DNA from: Octopus bimaculoides
Taxonomy: Eukaryota
NCBI RefSeq assembly: GCF_001194135.2
Contig: NC_068989.1
Span: 40,116,213 to 40,180,212, forward strand
Reading direction: 5' to 3'
Length of the DNA: 64,000 nucleotides
Shown here: positions 1 through 11,712 of the stretch, piece after piece
How positions within the stretch are numbered: position 1 is the stretch's first letter
Layout: each line of letters begins with the position of its first letter
Notes under the pieces: generated by a model
Told to the model about the DNA's origin: nothing
Database searches by the model: none
What the model saw: the letters and a program-made list of their open reading frames with translations, nothing else
Made by a program: the position numbers and the translations under genes

Positions 1-563
1 TACAACTGATACCCCAGTGTCCTTTTGGTCAGCTGAAAGCAGTTTTGGCACAAATATGGCAGACATGCATCTCATACCCAAATATTCAATGATAACGGAC
101 TGAACTGAACCTTAACTAATCTGCACATACTCTCACGAGTGGTAATTCGACGAAATCTCCTCACAGCTTCACGCACATCTGCAATGTTTTTCTCAGTTCT
201 ACTGGTTGTGGGTCTCCCAGAACGTTCGTCAATATCGACATTTTTTCAGCCATCTTTGAAACGTCTGAACCTTTCGTACAGTTGTGTGAGGCTCATACAC
301 TCCTGTCCATACGCTCTCTGCAACTTTGCGTAGGCCTCTGGGAAGGTATCACCATGACAACTTTCTCTGTCATGGACAATGCGATGATCACACACTACAC
401 ACATTCCTTCCAAGCACTGCTGTAAACTTCAGAAGTGAGCTAGAACGTCAAAATATAGTACGCATATACAGCAGAGATCAGTCTTTGCCAAGCAGCTTTA
501 CTCAGCGTGCTTTAGCTTCCTTACTATGGCAACCGTCCGGATACTTATTGATCAGACCTAGTA
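1..563 (-). mobile_element. mariner DNA transposon, 5' part (degenerate, runs off window)
   Basis: Minus strand translates to a mariner N-terminal HTH region (EAYAKLQRAYGQECMS...RFRRFKDG*KNVDIDERSGRPTTSRTEKNIADVREAV...FVPKLLSADQK). Terminal TA-CTAGGTCTGATCAATAAGTATCCGG at 563-537 is a mariner-type TIR. Confidence 0.85.
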
Positions 564-640
564 TGTATGTATGTATGTATTTATGTATGTATGTATGTAT
601 GTATGTATGTATGTATGCATGCATATATATATATATATAT

Positions 641-703
641 TTAAAGGCGGTGCTCCAGCATGGCCGCAGTCAAATGACTAAAACAAGTAAAAGAGTAAAA
701 GAA
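641..703 (+). mobile_element. 3' tail fragment of SINE family D
   Basis: GGCGGTGCTCCAGCATGGCCGCAGTCAAATGACTAAAACAAGTAAAAGAG; related motif at ~44568-44610 (+) and, inverted, at 63608-63665. Confidence 0.6.
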
Positions 704-799
704 TATATATATATATATATATATATATACACGCACGCACACACACATCTCACTGCCCAACTTTCTGGGAGTGTACCTACTTTATAAAGTACTATTAAT

Positions 800-1192
800 A
801 TTTGATTCAAACTTTAACAAAAGGATAGCGGGGTTAAGTCGATTACATCGATCCAAGTACTCAACTGGCACTTATTCCATCGGCATTGAAAGGATGAAAC
901 CTAGAAGAAATATCGCCATGTATTTTTTCCGGCACGGTAACGATTCTGCCAGTTCCCCGGCTAACGAGCGTTAAGTCGACAGAATCGTTAGCACACTGAT
1001 CAATATTCAAAATGCTTAGCAGCTTTTGTTCGTTTTTATATTCTGAGTTCAAATCCAGCTGAGTTCGACTTGCGTCATTTCGGGGTTGTAGAAATAAGTA
1101 TCAGTTTAGCATTGGGCTTGATGTAATAGAACAGACACTTACCCGCAAATTTATCGCCTTGTGCCTATACCAGAAAGGATCACTATTACTAT
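800..1192. mobile_element. two tRNA-derived SINE family A copies, head-to-head (minus ~800-962, plus ~975-1192)
   Basis: Both match the recurring consensus GGCGGCGAGCTGGCAGAATCGTTAGCACG...GTTCTGAGTTCAAATTCC (pol III A/B boxes)...ATCGATGTAATCGACT...CTTGTGCC seen in about 18 places in the window. Confidence 0.75.
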
Positions 1193-1963
1193 AGCTTGAA
1201 CATCTGGCCCAATTGTAAGAGCAATTTTTCTTTCTTTTATATTTTAACAAAGACTAGAAGGGAATGATTTTGCACCCTATCATAATAAAATATAAAACGT
1301 GGTAGTATGGAGAACCTTATAAAGTTTAAAACATGTTCTTTTGTTCTTTTCAAACGTAACTTATTTCAATGCCTTCTTTCCATAACACAACGGTTAATGG
1401 TTGTAGAGAGAGTAGAATTCAAATATATTTTGTGAACAGTGGATGAGAATGTCTTTCATAGAGTGGGTAAACTTCTGGTTGTAAATATAATTTATTTTTC
1501 TCTGAGGTTTGCTTTTGCGGTTTGTAGTTGTGTTGCTTTGATATCGGTCTTATCTGTTTGGAAATATGCGATTGGAGAGTGATTGTAAAGGATATATTTG
1601 TAAGTTTTCTCATACGACATAGATAACAATTTGTAGCATATATAACATAGCATGTAGTATATATACTATATAAATGAATTTTCTTTTACTTGTGGAGTCT
1701 GGAAAATTGGACAGTGCAGAAGAGCTTTACACACATCTAAGACCGGTGTGCTTGATGCTATAAATGTTCTGTTCCATTTAAAGTACTGTAGGTCAACACC
1801 TGTGAGAAAGACCTGAGTAGGAAGAACTTTCAAGTTAGAGATGTTCTGAGTACGAACGACTGAGCATAGTGGTTACTGCGTGGTCGTTAAGGGGGTTGCA
1901 CGCGATTATGATGATAAGAGGCAGAGATTGGATTGGTTCGAGAACGCCTGTGGAGTGGAGGCA

Positions 1964-2492
1964 ATAATATCGGAAATACTTCCGCCTGCACCCCGCCCCC
2001 ATTTTCTCCCAAATTTTTTTATTTTTGTAATTTCTTTTACCAAAAATCCCCGTTTTCGGATATGGAGGTTCTGGAAAATTGCCAAAAATCGATATTGTGA
2101 AATTCCCCCCTTTCCACCCCACCCAACTTCTTCAATGTTGACTTTTCCCCAACACTAACCCTAAAACCCTAACCCTAACCCTAAAACCCTAAAACCCTAA
2201 CTCTTACCCTAACCCTAACCCTAAAATCCTAACCCTAAAACCGTAACCGTAAGCACAGAAATGTTTTGAAATTTTTGTCCGAATCATAATGTCCGTATTT
2301 TTCCGCATATTTAGAAAAACAAATTCTTAAAAAAAAATTTTACAAAGATTTTCGGAAAGTTTTTTTCAGAATCATAATCTCCGTATTTTTCCGTTTAGTA
2401 TGAAACAAAAAAATTCTGAAAAGGGGGGGGGGGGTCTAAAAAAAATTCAAGGGTGTTTTTTAGAGGGACGGGCGGAAGTCTTGCCATAATAT
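1964..2492. mobile_element. MITE-like element with degenerate terminal inverted repeats and an internal telomere-type repeat tract
   Basis: ATAATATCGGAAATACTTCCGCC (1964-1986) and GGCGGAAGTCTTGCCATAATAT (2471-2492) are inverted. Internal (CCCTAA/CCCTAAAA)n at 2155-2252 and a ~27-bp direct repeat GAATCATAAT(G/C)TCCGTATTTTTCCG at ~2280 and ~2368. Confidence 0.55.
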
Positions 2493-3261
2493 CTTTTAGC
2501 ATACGTACTGTAAGTAGTAGAGGTATATTTAGGTTAAAATTTTCTAAAGTGGTGAGCCTTGGTTTTGATTCTTATAACTGCGGACAATGCCCATTGTTTT
2601 AAACGTACACAGCACAGTACACGACTAATAATTAATTCTGCATTTACTCTTGTTCGCCTTGTATTCGATATTTCCATTTACGGATCATTCTATATTCAAT
2701 CTTATTTATCTGCCTCCCAGTACTTTATGTCTCTGTTTCTAAAATCTCAGTTGTTAGTTTGATATTTCTTGTCAATGCGAACAATAATATTGCAGAGAAT
2801 TTGTTTCTATATCATAGTACCATAGAGAGTTTCATGCGTGCTTATACAATCTATATTTTAGATGTAGCGTTAAAATGTCGCCATATTGCAGCAAAATTAT
2901 TACTATGCCTATAGCTATATTCTAACGTTATAAACAGTAAATAGCTGATAATCGTTTCTTTTATGTTGATAGCCTCTACAGGTTTCTTTTAATTCATTTT
3001 AGACGGTTTTGTGGCTACGAATTGAACGTGAAAACATATATTAGACGCTCCTTTTCCAGACTTCATACCGTTTCTTTTTAGCAGTTGCTGACTTTCAAAC
3101 AGATGCATATTGTCTGCTGAGTCTTGTGGAATATTTGCAATAAAACGATTTTTTGTTTGTCAAATTTTCATTCTTATTTAAGTCTTTACATAACTGTTTT
3201 ATTTATACTTTATATTTTCTATCATCTAAGTTAGCTTCCGAATTGTATTACTAAAGATTTT

Positions 3262-3701
3262 CCATCCATCCATTCATCCATCCATCCATCCATCCATCCA
3301 TCCATCCATCCATACATACATACATACATACATACATGCATATATGTATGTATGGATATATACAGATGTATGTATACATACACACACTCACACACATATA
3401 TATTGCGTAGAGCGAGAGAGCCAAAGAGTGAGAGAGAGAGAAGAGAACAGAAAGTGAGAGAGAGAAAGAGAAAAGACGGAGAAATTTTCTGTCTTCCTTA
3501 TATACGTTTATAATAATCAGTTTACCATGTCTTGATAAAACTACTTCAATTATCACACTTTGGTTATTGCGTTACAGTCGTCCTATTGTGTTATTAGGGC
3601 ATATTATCTCAGAGGGTTTACTACATAATGCATACATGCCTATCTAGCCATCTATCCCTCCCCTTTCTATCTATACATACATATGCATACACACTCACAC
3701 A

Positions 3702-3738
<37 letters not shown>

Positions 3739-3741
3739 CAT

Positions 3742-3775
<34 letters not shown>

Positions 3776-3900
3776 CACATTTACCTATCCTATCGACACA
3801 CACACACGCATATATATATGTGTGTATATATATATATATATATAAACAATGATTTATATTAATGTATCTATACGTGTAAACGTTAATATATTCATACATA
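3262..3900. repeat. compound microsatellites (CCAT)n, (CATA)n, (GA)n, (TA)n, (CA)n
   Basis: Directly visible. Confidence 0.95.
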
Positions 3901-4049
3901 TATGCAAACACACATATTAGCTTTAGAATGGAGTGTACACTTTAGAGTTTCTTAATAGTTCAATCACCGTTATATTATATCAAAGTTCTCATTAATGATA
4001 CCTAATGTATTTATCCTGATAATCGTATTTATACCTTTATGTTTCGCTT

Positions 4050-4700
4050 GCAGAAAACCAGCAATTTCGGGAGATGCGAGCTAAGTCGATTACATCAGTC
4101 CCGGTATTTGACTGGCACTTTGTTATTGACCGACTCGGAAAAGATGAATGGCAAAATTGACTTCGAAACAATTTGAACGTAAAGACGGACGAAGTGCCGC
4201 TTAGCCTTTTACTCGGCGTGCTAACGATTGTGCCACCTCGCCGCTTTCTATTTAGCTTTTAATATTAGTACTCAAAAAAAGGTGGCGAGTTGGCAGAATC
4301 GTTACTACACCAAGCCAACTGCCGAGCGGCGTATCGTCCGTCTTTATGTTCTGAGTTCGAATCCCGCCGAGGTCGACTTTGACTTTCATCCTTTCGAGCA
4401 CTAGGCTCGATGTAATCAACTTACCAACTCCTCCAAAATTACTGGCCTTGTACTAATATTTGAAATTAATATTAGGAACCAAGGTGGAAAGTTGGCAAAA
4501 TCCTTAGCACGCTGGGTGAAATTCTAAGGGGTATTTCGTCCGATTTCATGTTCTGAGTTCAAATTTCGCCGAAGTCGAGTTTGTATCTTATCGTCTGGGA
4601 AACGATAAAATATATATCATTTGAGGACTGAGATTGTTGTAATCAATTTAACCCCTACTTTGAACTTGCTGGTCTTTTGCCAAAATTTGAAATCAATATA
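4050..4700. mobile_element. three SINE family A copies (minus ~4050-4245, plus 4281-~4475, plus ~4482-4700)
   Basis: GGTGGCGAGTTGGCAGAATCGTTA at 4281, B box GTTCGAATCCC, tail AAAATTTGAAATC. The first copy is the reverse complement. Confidence 0.85.
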
Positions 4701-5469
4701 AGCTCTTCTCTTCAATAATACTCGTTCCCGATTTCTTTTTATATTTTGGCTGCAACCAATCAATAAAACAAGTAAAAGAATAAATGAATACTGTATCATA
4801 TTCATTTCATATGCTTCTAAATACTTGATTCGTCCCCTGTTTAAAATTTTCGATTTGATAGTTTGTGTGTGTGTGTGTGTGTGTGCAGAAAGAGAGAGAG
4901 AAGGAGAGGGGGAGAGAGAGGGAGAAGAGAAAGTATTGAAAGGAAATTTTGTTAAATAGTAATTTATTTATCAAACGAGCTAGTTGCATATAAAATGCAA
5001 AGATATACAATTTAGTGTATTCGATTTATTCGATTCTTTAGTAATAGTGCATTTATAAGCCAACGAATAGAATGCTTTCTCACTGACGAAGTTCCAGTAC
5101 AGTATCAAAAATAGTTAAGGTGACTCTTTTTTTCCGTTAACAAAGATATCTCATTCGATATCAAAATGTTTACACTTGTATATGCATGCACTATTTAACG
5201 AAACCAATAGATATATTCTGTAGTTCAATACAACATTGAATCAATAATTCGCAGCTCACTACTAATTTACTAATCGAATAAGCTGTTATAGATATTTTAT
5301 ATATTCAAATCATTTTAACCGATTTTCTTAGAGTGGTTTATGAAAGTGAATTTTATAAGCAAGTTTTTGTGGACAGTGAACGAAGGTACTCAGTTAAACT
5401 GAGGAAAGTTCAACAGTAGTTATAGTAATATTAAAACCGGAGACAATGATGTCGTCATCAAAAGTGGTG

Positions 5470-5762
5470 GCAATGTCAGTAGTGAGTGGTAGTGATGTCA
5501 ACATCAGAAGATAGAACAAAAATTGTTTCAGTAATGTCAGCATCAGAGAGAGTAATGTTAATAACTGAGGCAGTAATGTTAATATCAGAGGCAGCGATAT
5601 CAACAACAAAGACAGCAATGTCAACAAAGGAGACAACAATATCAACCTCAGAGGCAATGATGTCAAACAGTAGAGGTAGCCACATAAACAGTAGAGGCAG
5701 TAAAGTCAACAACAGGGGAAGTAATATCAACAGAAGAGGTAGTACTACCAATAACAGGGATA
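5470..5762. repeat. degenerate 21-bp minisatellite (~13 units, consensus ~GTAATGTCAACANCAGAGGCA)
   Basis: Units phase at 5492, 5531, 5552, 5573, 5594, 5615, 5636, 5657, 5679, 5700, 5721, 5742. It explains the overlapping low-complexity ORFs at 5394-5812. Confidence 0.8.
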
Positions 5763-6088
5763 CTTTCCCAGTATTATCATCACATCGCTTTGCGATGGTG
5801 GACACTTGTTAGATGTTACAGAAGAATAGCAAACCTCCTTGGTATCTTTGTATTCAAAATTTAAAAAATGGAAGAAGACGCATAAAAAGTGTGAATTCTG
5901 ACGCAAGACAGGTGTGGGAATCCATCAATTCCAAGGACAGCATAATAGACCTTACAATTGACCATAGAAAGCTATTGTTCATCTAAACTACCTGGAGGAT
6001 TAAAGGGAGAGTAATATACTGGCACATGAGATGGAGAACTTCGACTCGTAGATAACTTAGACTCTACCACTACGTCGACGTATTTGAC

Positions 6089-6203
6089 TTGGCCCGATGC
6101 ATTGCTTCAAATGGGGAGCACTTTGAAGGCGATAAAAGTGTAAACATATAAAACTGAGTAAAATAATATTGCAAACTTCCGGTTTCTTTTGTAATTAATC
6201 TTA
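6089..6203 (+). mobile_element. mariner transposase C-terminal remnant
   Basis: Translates LARCIASNGEHFEGDKSVNI*, matching the mariner C-terminal CIxxxGxYFEGD motif. Confidence 0.6.
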
Positions 6204-6931
6204 GTTTATTTACTAATTTTTATACTTTTATACATTGTTTTTTTTTTTTGTCCATTGCTTTCGAATAACTATTTGTGTTCGTCATAAGACGCTTTTATGA
6301 GTGCATGTACCTTGGTGGACGTTATATGTGGTTAGGGTGAATGGAAATACTCTAAGCAAGCACGCTTAAATTGGAAAATAACAAATGGGTCATCATCATC
6401 ATCATCATCATCAATCACACTATTATCATCATTTGAAACATTAAGGCAACAGGTGTATATAACAACTAAAATGCATATTAATTTAAATAATTCGGAGTAT
6501 TCAGTTGCATACTTCTATTCTGTTTAAATTAATCCGTACATCTATTCATTGACGTTATTCAAAGCAATTATCAAGTTAATTGTAATATAGTGAGATAAGC
6601 TAAGCATATGACCGTACTTAATTTCTCCCCGGAGTGATATGTTTCTACATGTTCTTACTGTAAGATCTAAAATAAACCGCAAACCTTCAGAATTCCACAC
6701 AACTCTCATTTGTTTTAAATTATTTAATCAGATCTGAGAACACACTTAGATTTGAAGTAACCAAATGCTACCTGTGAACGTTTCAGGGATTTATAGGTGA
6801 AGGAGACTGGGCAGCAAATGTTTAACTTGAACTCTCGTAGCTTAACCTCTTTTGACACGAAGGAAATTAGCAATAGATTTAGTTCTGAATATAATTTATT
6901 TCAACAATAATTAGAAATGAGGAACAAGAGT

Positions 6932-8435
6932 AATAATGGTTTCAAATTTTGGCACAAGGTCAGCAAGCTCGGGGAAGGGGTAAATCGATGACATCGACCC
7001 CAGTACTCAACTGGTACTTATTTTATCGATCTGAAAAGGATGAAAAGCAAGGTCAACCTGAACGGAATTTGAACTCAGGTGCATGGAATGAGATAATTAG
7101 CAATAATCCTTTCTACTAAAGGTACAAGGCCTGAAGTTTGCGAGAGGATGAGTTGATCACATCGAGACTAGTACTTGACTAGAACTTAAGTTATCGACCT
7201 CGAAAGGATGAAAGGCAAAGTCGACATCGGCGGAATTCGAACACAGAACGTAAAGACAGACGAAATACTGCTAAGCATTTCGCCCGACGTACTAACGATT
7301 CTGCCAGCTCACCGCCTTAGACACATTAGTAATGATAAAAATAACGGTTTCAAATTTCACCACAAGGGCACCAATTTTGGAGGAGGGGATTTGTCGATTT
7401 CCTCGACCCCAGTGTTTCACTGGTAGTTATTTTATCGATCCCTAAACGATGAAGAGTAAAGTCGACTGCGGCGGAATTTGAACTCAGATCGACGCGACGG
7501 TCGAAATAACGTATTTCATCCATCGCGCTAATGATTCTGCCAGCTCGTAGCCTTCGAGTTGTTAATAATACTAGAGTATTTTTAGAATACTTAAAGGCGT
7601 ACACATATTGTATATGGGCTTGCAGCTGTGCTGTATTTATGAAACAATCTCTTACCATCGGATGGATGGCATTTTTTGCAGCCATAATTCTGATAAAAAC
7701 TAGGTGTGATAAATGTTTTGTATAAATGTTTCTTTCACACCAAGGCTATGAAATACTAGACAACTTGTCTTCCACTGTATATCAATACAACATTCAGTTC
7801 TCTTGTCATGTAGACTTCAAAACACATAGTTCCCTCATCTTCATTGTAATCTTTCAATGTATTTTGAGCGAACATTTTCGATATAATATAGAATGAAAAA
7901 TGGAATGATGTGGTGCAAAATGGACCTGACAATAAATTCAACTCCCTATTATCTACAGTTTCATATTTACTAATTGATTAGTAAATAAACGTATACACAT
8001 GTGAAACGGTTGTAATAGTTGACCGGGAGTCTTTCGGAATAGATATTATTATCTCGTGGAGAAGGAAAAAGGCAAGAAAGTGGGTGATTGATTCTTATGC
8101 GAAATAATTATTTGTCCAAAGCACTCGATTTTTTCGTACATTTATTTCTTAATTCTTTCGTAAGAAAAAGAAAATGTGCTGACGATAAGAGTAAAGTACC
8201 TAAAATAGTATATGGAAATATTGTTTTTAAATATTGGCACAAGACCAGCAATCTCTGAGGAGGGCGTAAGTCGATTATATCGACCCATTGTTCAGCTGGT
8301 ACTTATTTTATCGACCCCAAAAGGATGAAAGGCGAAGTAGGCCTGTGCGGAATTTGAACTCAGAACGCAAAGACAGATGATATACCGCTAAGCATTTTTC
8401 CCGGCATGCTAACGATTCTGCCAGCTCACCGCCTT
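6932..8435 (-). mobile_element. four co-oriented SINE family A copies (~6932-7080, ~7100-7318, ~7340-7553, ~8222-8435)
   Basis: Each has ATCGACCCCAGTACTCAACTGGTACTTATTTTATCGA...GGATGAAAGGCAAAGTCGAC...GAATTTGAACTCAG; three end in CTAACGATTCTGCCAGCTC-CCGCC (the first lacks its 5' head). Confidence 0.85.
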
Positions 8436-8487
8436 AATCATTAGTACTAATATTTGTTTCAAATTTTGGTACAAAGAAAAAAATCAA

Positions 8488-8757
8488 AGGTGATTTATTA
8501 ATAAAATATTCACTAAAAAATTATACATTTTCACATTTTTTTCGCTAAAAGCCTTCCTGATTATCTCTTTCGTAATCCCGAAAAATATCGTAACCACTGG
8601 TCTAGCCATTTGAACGTGAAGCGGGAACAGACAGACGGGCAGACGAACAGACAGACGGGCAGACGAACAGACAGACGGGCAGACGAACAGACAGACGGGC
8701 AGACGAACAGACAGACGGACATAACAGCTATTATAGTTAGATACTTTTACACGCAAC
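8488..8757 (-). mobile_element. non-autonomous Helitron/DINE-1-like remnant with a 20-bp ACAGACAGACGGGCAGACGA tandem (~4.5 units)
   Basis: The layout ...TTTGAACGTGAAGCGGGAACAGACAGAC...GGACATAACAGCTATTATAGTTAGAT resembles Lep1/DINE-1-type elements. Second copy at 10320-10537. Confidence 0.55.
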
Positions 8758-10319
8758 ATTGTTAATTCATATATCTCCCACGTTGTTTTTTGGTGTAATT
8801 TTCTGATACAATCACATTTTCCCAGTTGCATCAACCATATCCAAACATATCTAAGGAGGAACCTGACTTAATTATTACATGCAACATTAGGAACAAGTTT
8901 CATTTTTGTCGAGTCATCTTTATGATAACATGACATTCTTTATCTACCACCATCTTTTTGTCTTTCTCTCCATTGCGTACGTTTACGGTTCAAATTCGTC
9001 TTGGAATTATCAAACATGAATGAAAAGTTCGGGATCGATGTATTGTGCATTTCTTCTTGAATATTTTAAATGTTTGAGACATATATTTCTTTTCTAGATC
9101 GCTTTAGAGGGCGGCTTTATATTATATTACCATACTTAGTAACATCCAAACTTGGCAGCGCATTAATCATCCAGTATATTCATCTTCATAGTGACTAAAG
9201 CAAATTAATTTCCGTCGGTTTCGACGATAAAAATCTAGTTGTTCGATGAACTGAAGTACTTAGTAATTGAATTAGTTCGTCAGTAATGTAAGTGACTTAA
9301 TATTCCACTGACACGTGTAACTTGAATGTAATCGTCGAGCAGAATCAGAATGATATAGTGAATGACAAGGTTGGACTTCCTTATTACAGATATAATCAAT
9401 CCAATGCTTCTCAATGCAGTTTACCTCTACATACTTTTACTCACAAGGTATGGGTTGAAACAAAATATAGAAAAAGAAATTTGTTCAAGTTGCCACAGAA
9501 TGAAATAAAAAAGGGGACATTGAACTTGCAAAGTGAACTTGTTAACCATACAGCCATACTGGTTAGTAAATAAATATTCTACGTAAGGGGAAAAAGTGGT
9601 ATGAAATTCAACATATTTATATAATATTACCGAAAATAAATAAAAAAACTATAGCATTGATGGAATGATATATTTCCCTGCTTTCTAAACCCCATGATGA
9701 TTTAATGCAAAGTTATGAAATTTAATTTCAAGTTAATTAATCGCTATTTCAGTTCCACGATCATTGGAATTCTAAATAACAATCTTATGGATCTCATATT
9801 ACTCTTAGTAGAAAATATTTTATATGTATAAAATAATACATTTTAAAGCTAAAGGCAAGAATTTAATGGAAATAGTTATTCATTTATTCAAGTTTATGTA
9901 AATTTTAGTATCCCATTAAATAGCGTTTTGTTTTTTAATAAAACGTTATAATATAAATACGATTCCCACAATAAACCGATAGATTCTGCAATAAAGAGAG
10001 AGAGAGAGAGAAGGGGGAGAAAGACAGAAAAAGAGAGGGAGACGTTAATAGCTGGATCTGGAAGCAGGCTTGAAGGTCGGGTGAAGAAGTTTGCTTAGGA
10101 ATATGTTTTGAGGTTCGATTCCCAAGGAAAGTAATTTGTGCCATCATCTTCCACCATAGCTTCCAGCTGACTTGCGGTAAGACTAACATGTTAGGCAGGA
10201 ATTGTGCGAAAAACCTTTGTGTATGTATGCACGCGTATGAGTGGGTGTATGTTTGTACGTACATGTGAATATGAGTGAAATTATTCATATAATTGTGTAC
10301 TAAGATTGTCCGGCGTTCA

Positions 10320-10537
10320 AAGGTGATTTATTAATACGAAACTCAATATCTACTAAATAATCATATTGTTTTACATTTTTTTCACTAAAAATCCTTCCTG
10401 ATTAACTCCTTCGTAATCCCAAAAGACATCGTGACCATTGGTCCAACCGTTTGAACGTGAAGTGGGAACAGACAGATGGGCAGACAGATAGACAGACGGA
10501 CATAACACCTATTATAGTAAGATACCTTTACGCGCAA
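10320..10537 (-). mobile_element. second copy of the Helitron/DINE-1-like remnant
   Basis: AAGGTGATTTATTAATA...CCTTCCTGATTA.CTC.TTCGTAATCCC...TTTGAACGTGAAGTGGGAACAGACAGA...GGACATAACACCTATTATAGTAAGAT aligns to 8488-8757. Confidence 0.55.
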
Positions 10538-11529
10538 ATTCTGTGAGGAAAGAAAAAGGAGCTTGATTAATTTCTCTAAGGTATTTCATGTGCATTTATG
10601 TGGTTTTATTTCAAATCTTGTAAGTGTCGAATTTACATTTCCTTCGTGTGTAGAAAAATATATGTCTGTACAAATCATATACAAATGTAGCATTACAAGT
10701 CAAGCACCACAAATGCATTGATTAGTACCTATGTTATGAAATATAAACAGCGAAGTCTCTCACTACCACCACTAGGAGGAACATCATCAGTACACCAGGC
10801 CTTGTCTGTGTTTCTGCGATTTAAGTATTGTACTTCACTTCTCTGTATAGATGGCCAGTACTGTATAAGTATTTCCTATACAGTACCTCTTGATGCAAAA
10901 CTACCGACCTCTCTTACTATTCCATCTCACATCCAGCCACACCCAAGCCTGAATCCATCTCCTGACAGTGAGTCAAGCAAAATCCTACACGCATTGCTGA
11001 TTGTTCACAGATATATTCTACATCCTTTTACCTTGTACTTTACCGCCAATTAAACGTATTTATTCTACTCTTTTGGTTCTTCCATCTTCATCTCCTACGA
11101 CTCAGCCAAGTTCAAGATGGTTATATGACATGCCACCCCTGATTCAAGACCAAACAAGTTTCATGTGCTTACCACTGCAGCTGACATGGTGTGCTTCCCC
11201 TTCTCATCCACTAACATCTCTCAGTTATCTGTCATTGCTAACATCGCACAATTACCAAGGAAGCATTCACGCTTTCCGTCTCTCTTCTTTCGCCCCTCAT
11301 TCATATATTTACCTACTCTAGTCTCATAATCTTCCTAATTTGCAATCTGCCTGAGGCCTTGGTTGTGCATCTAGATTTAAGCTTAGAGAAAAGTTACACA
11401 GCAAGACAATTATGTACCAGTGATACCCCTTGACTGCTTGGAGAACTTGCATATCTTACATTTATCAATTTCCTATGTCTTATGGTTCATTAGAGTAGTG
11501 GCTCATAGATGTGGAACCAATTACAAAAC

Positions 11530-11712
11530 GGACTGTTTCTAATAACATTGAAAGTAGATTGTTCCACGAAATTTGCTTCTGTTTAACTTGGTCCCACTGT
11601 ACCCATGCGCACAGAAATCTCTGTTGTGCTGCCTTTGTGACATTACCATTCTCCTGCTTCTCTTCTTCTTGCAGCTTCTACTACCCAGTCGTCTATGCCT
11701 CTCCAAATCTGT
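11530..11712 (-). mobile_element. possible fragment of a HERO/NeSL-like RLE non-LTR retrotransposon
   Basis: Minus strand reads ...VVEAARRREAGEW then, after a frameshift, AAQQRFLCAWVQWDQVKQKQISWNNLLSM. This resembles the 'AVxQxxQGAWTxWExVxxRKISWxDLW' linker recalled for HERO-type elements. Confidence 0.3.

Noticed and set aside
2155-2252. True telomere or chromosome-fusion site
   Set aside because: Short, mixed 6/8-mer units in one orientation, enclosed by inverted repeats; better explained as part of a mobile element.
8626-8720. CRISPR-like array
   Set aside because: Head-to-tail 20-mers without unique spacers, in eukaryotic context; the same applies to the 152-bp satellite.
10718-11330. 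Possible LINE endonuclease remnant on minus
   Set aside because: Purine-rich like a decayed LINE, but I could not recover any diagnostic motif.
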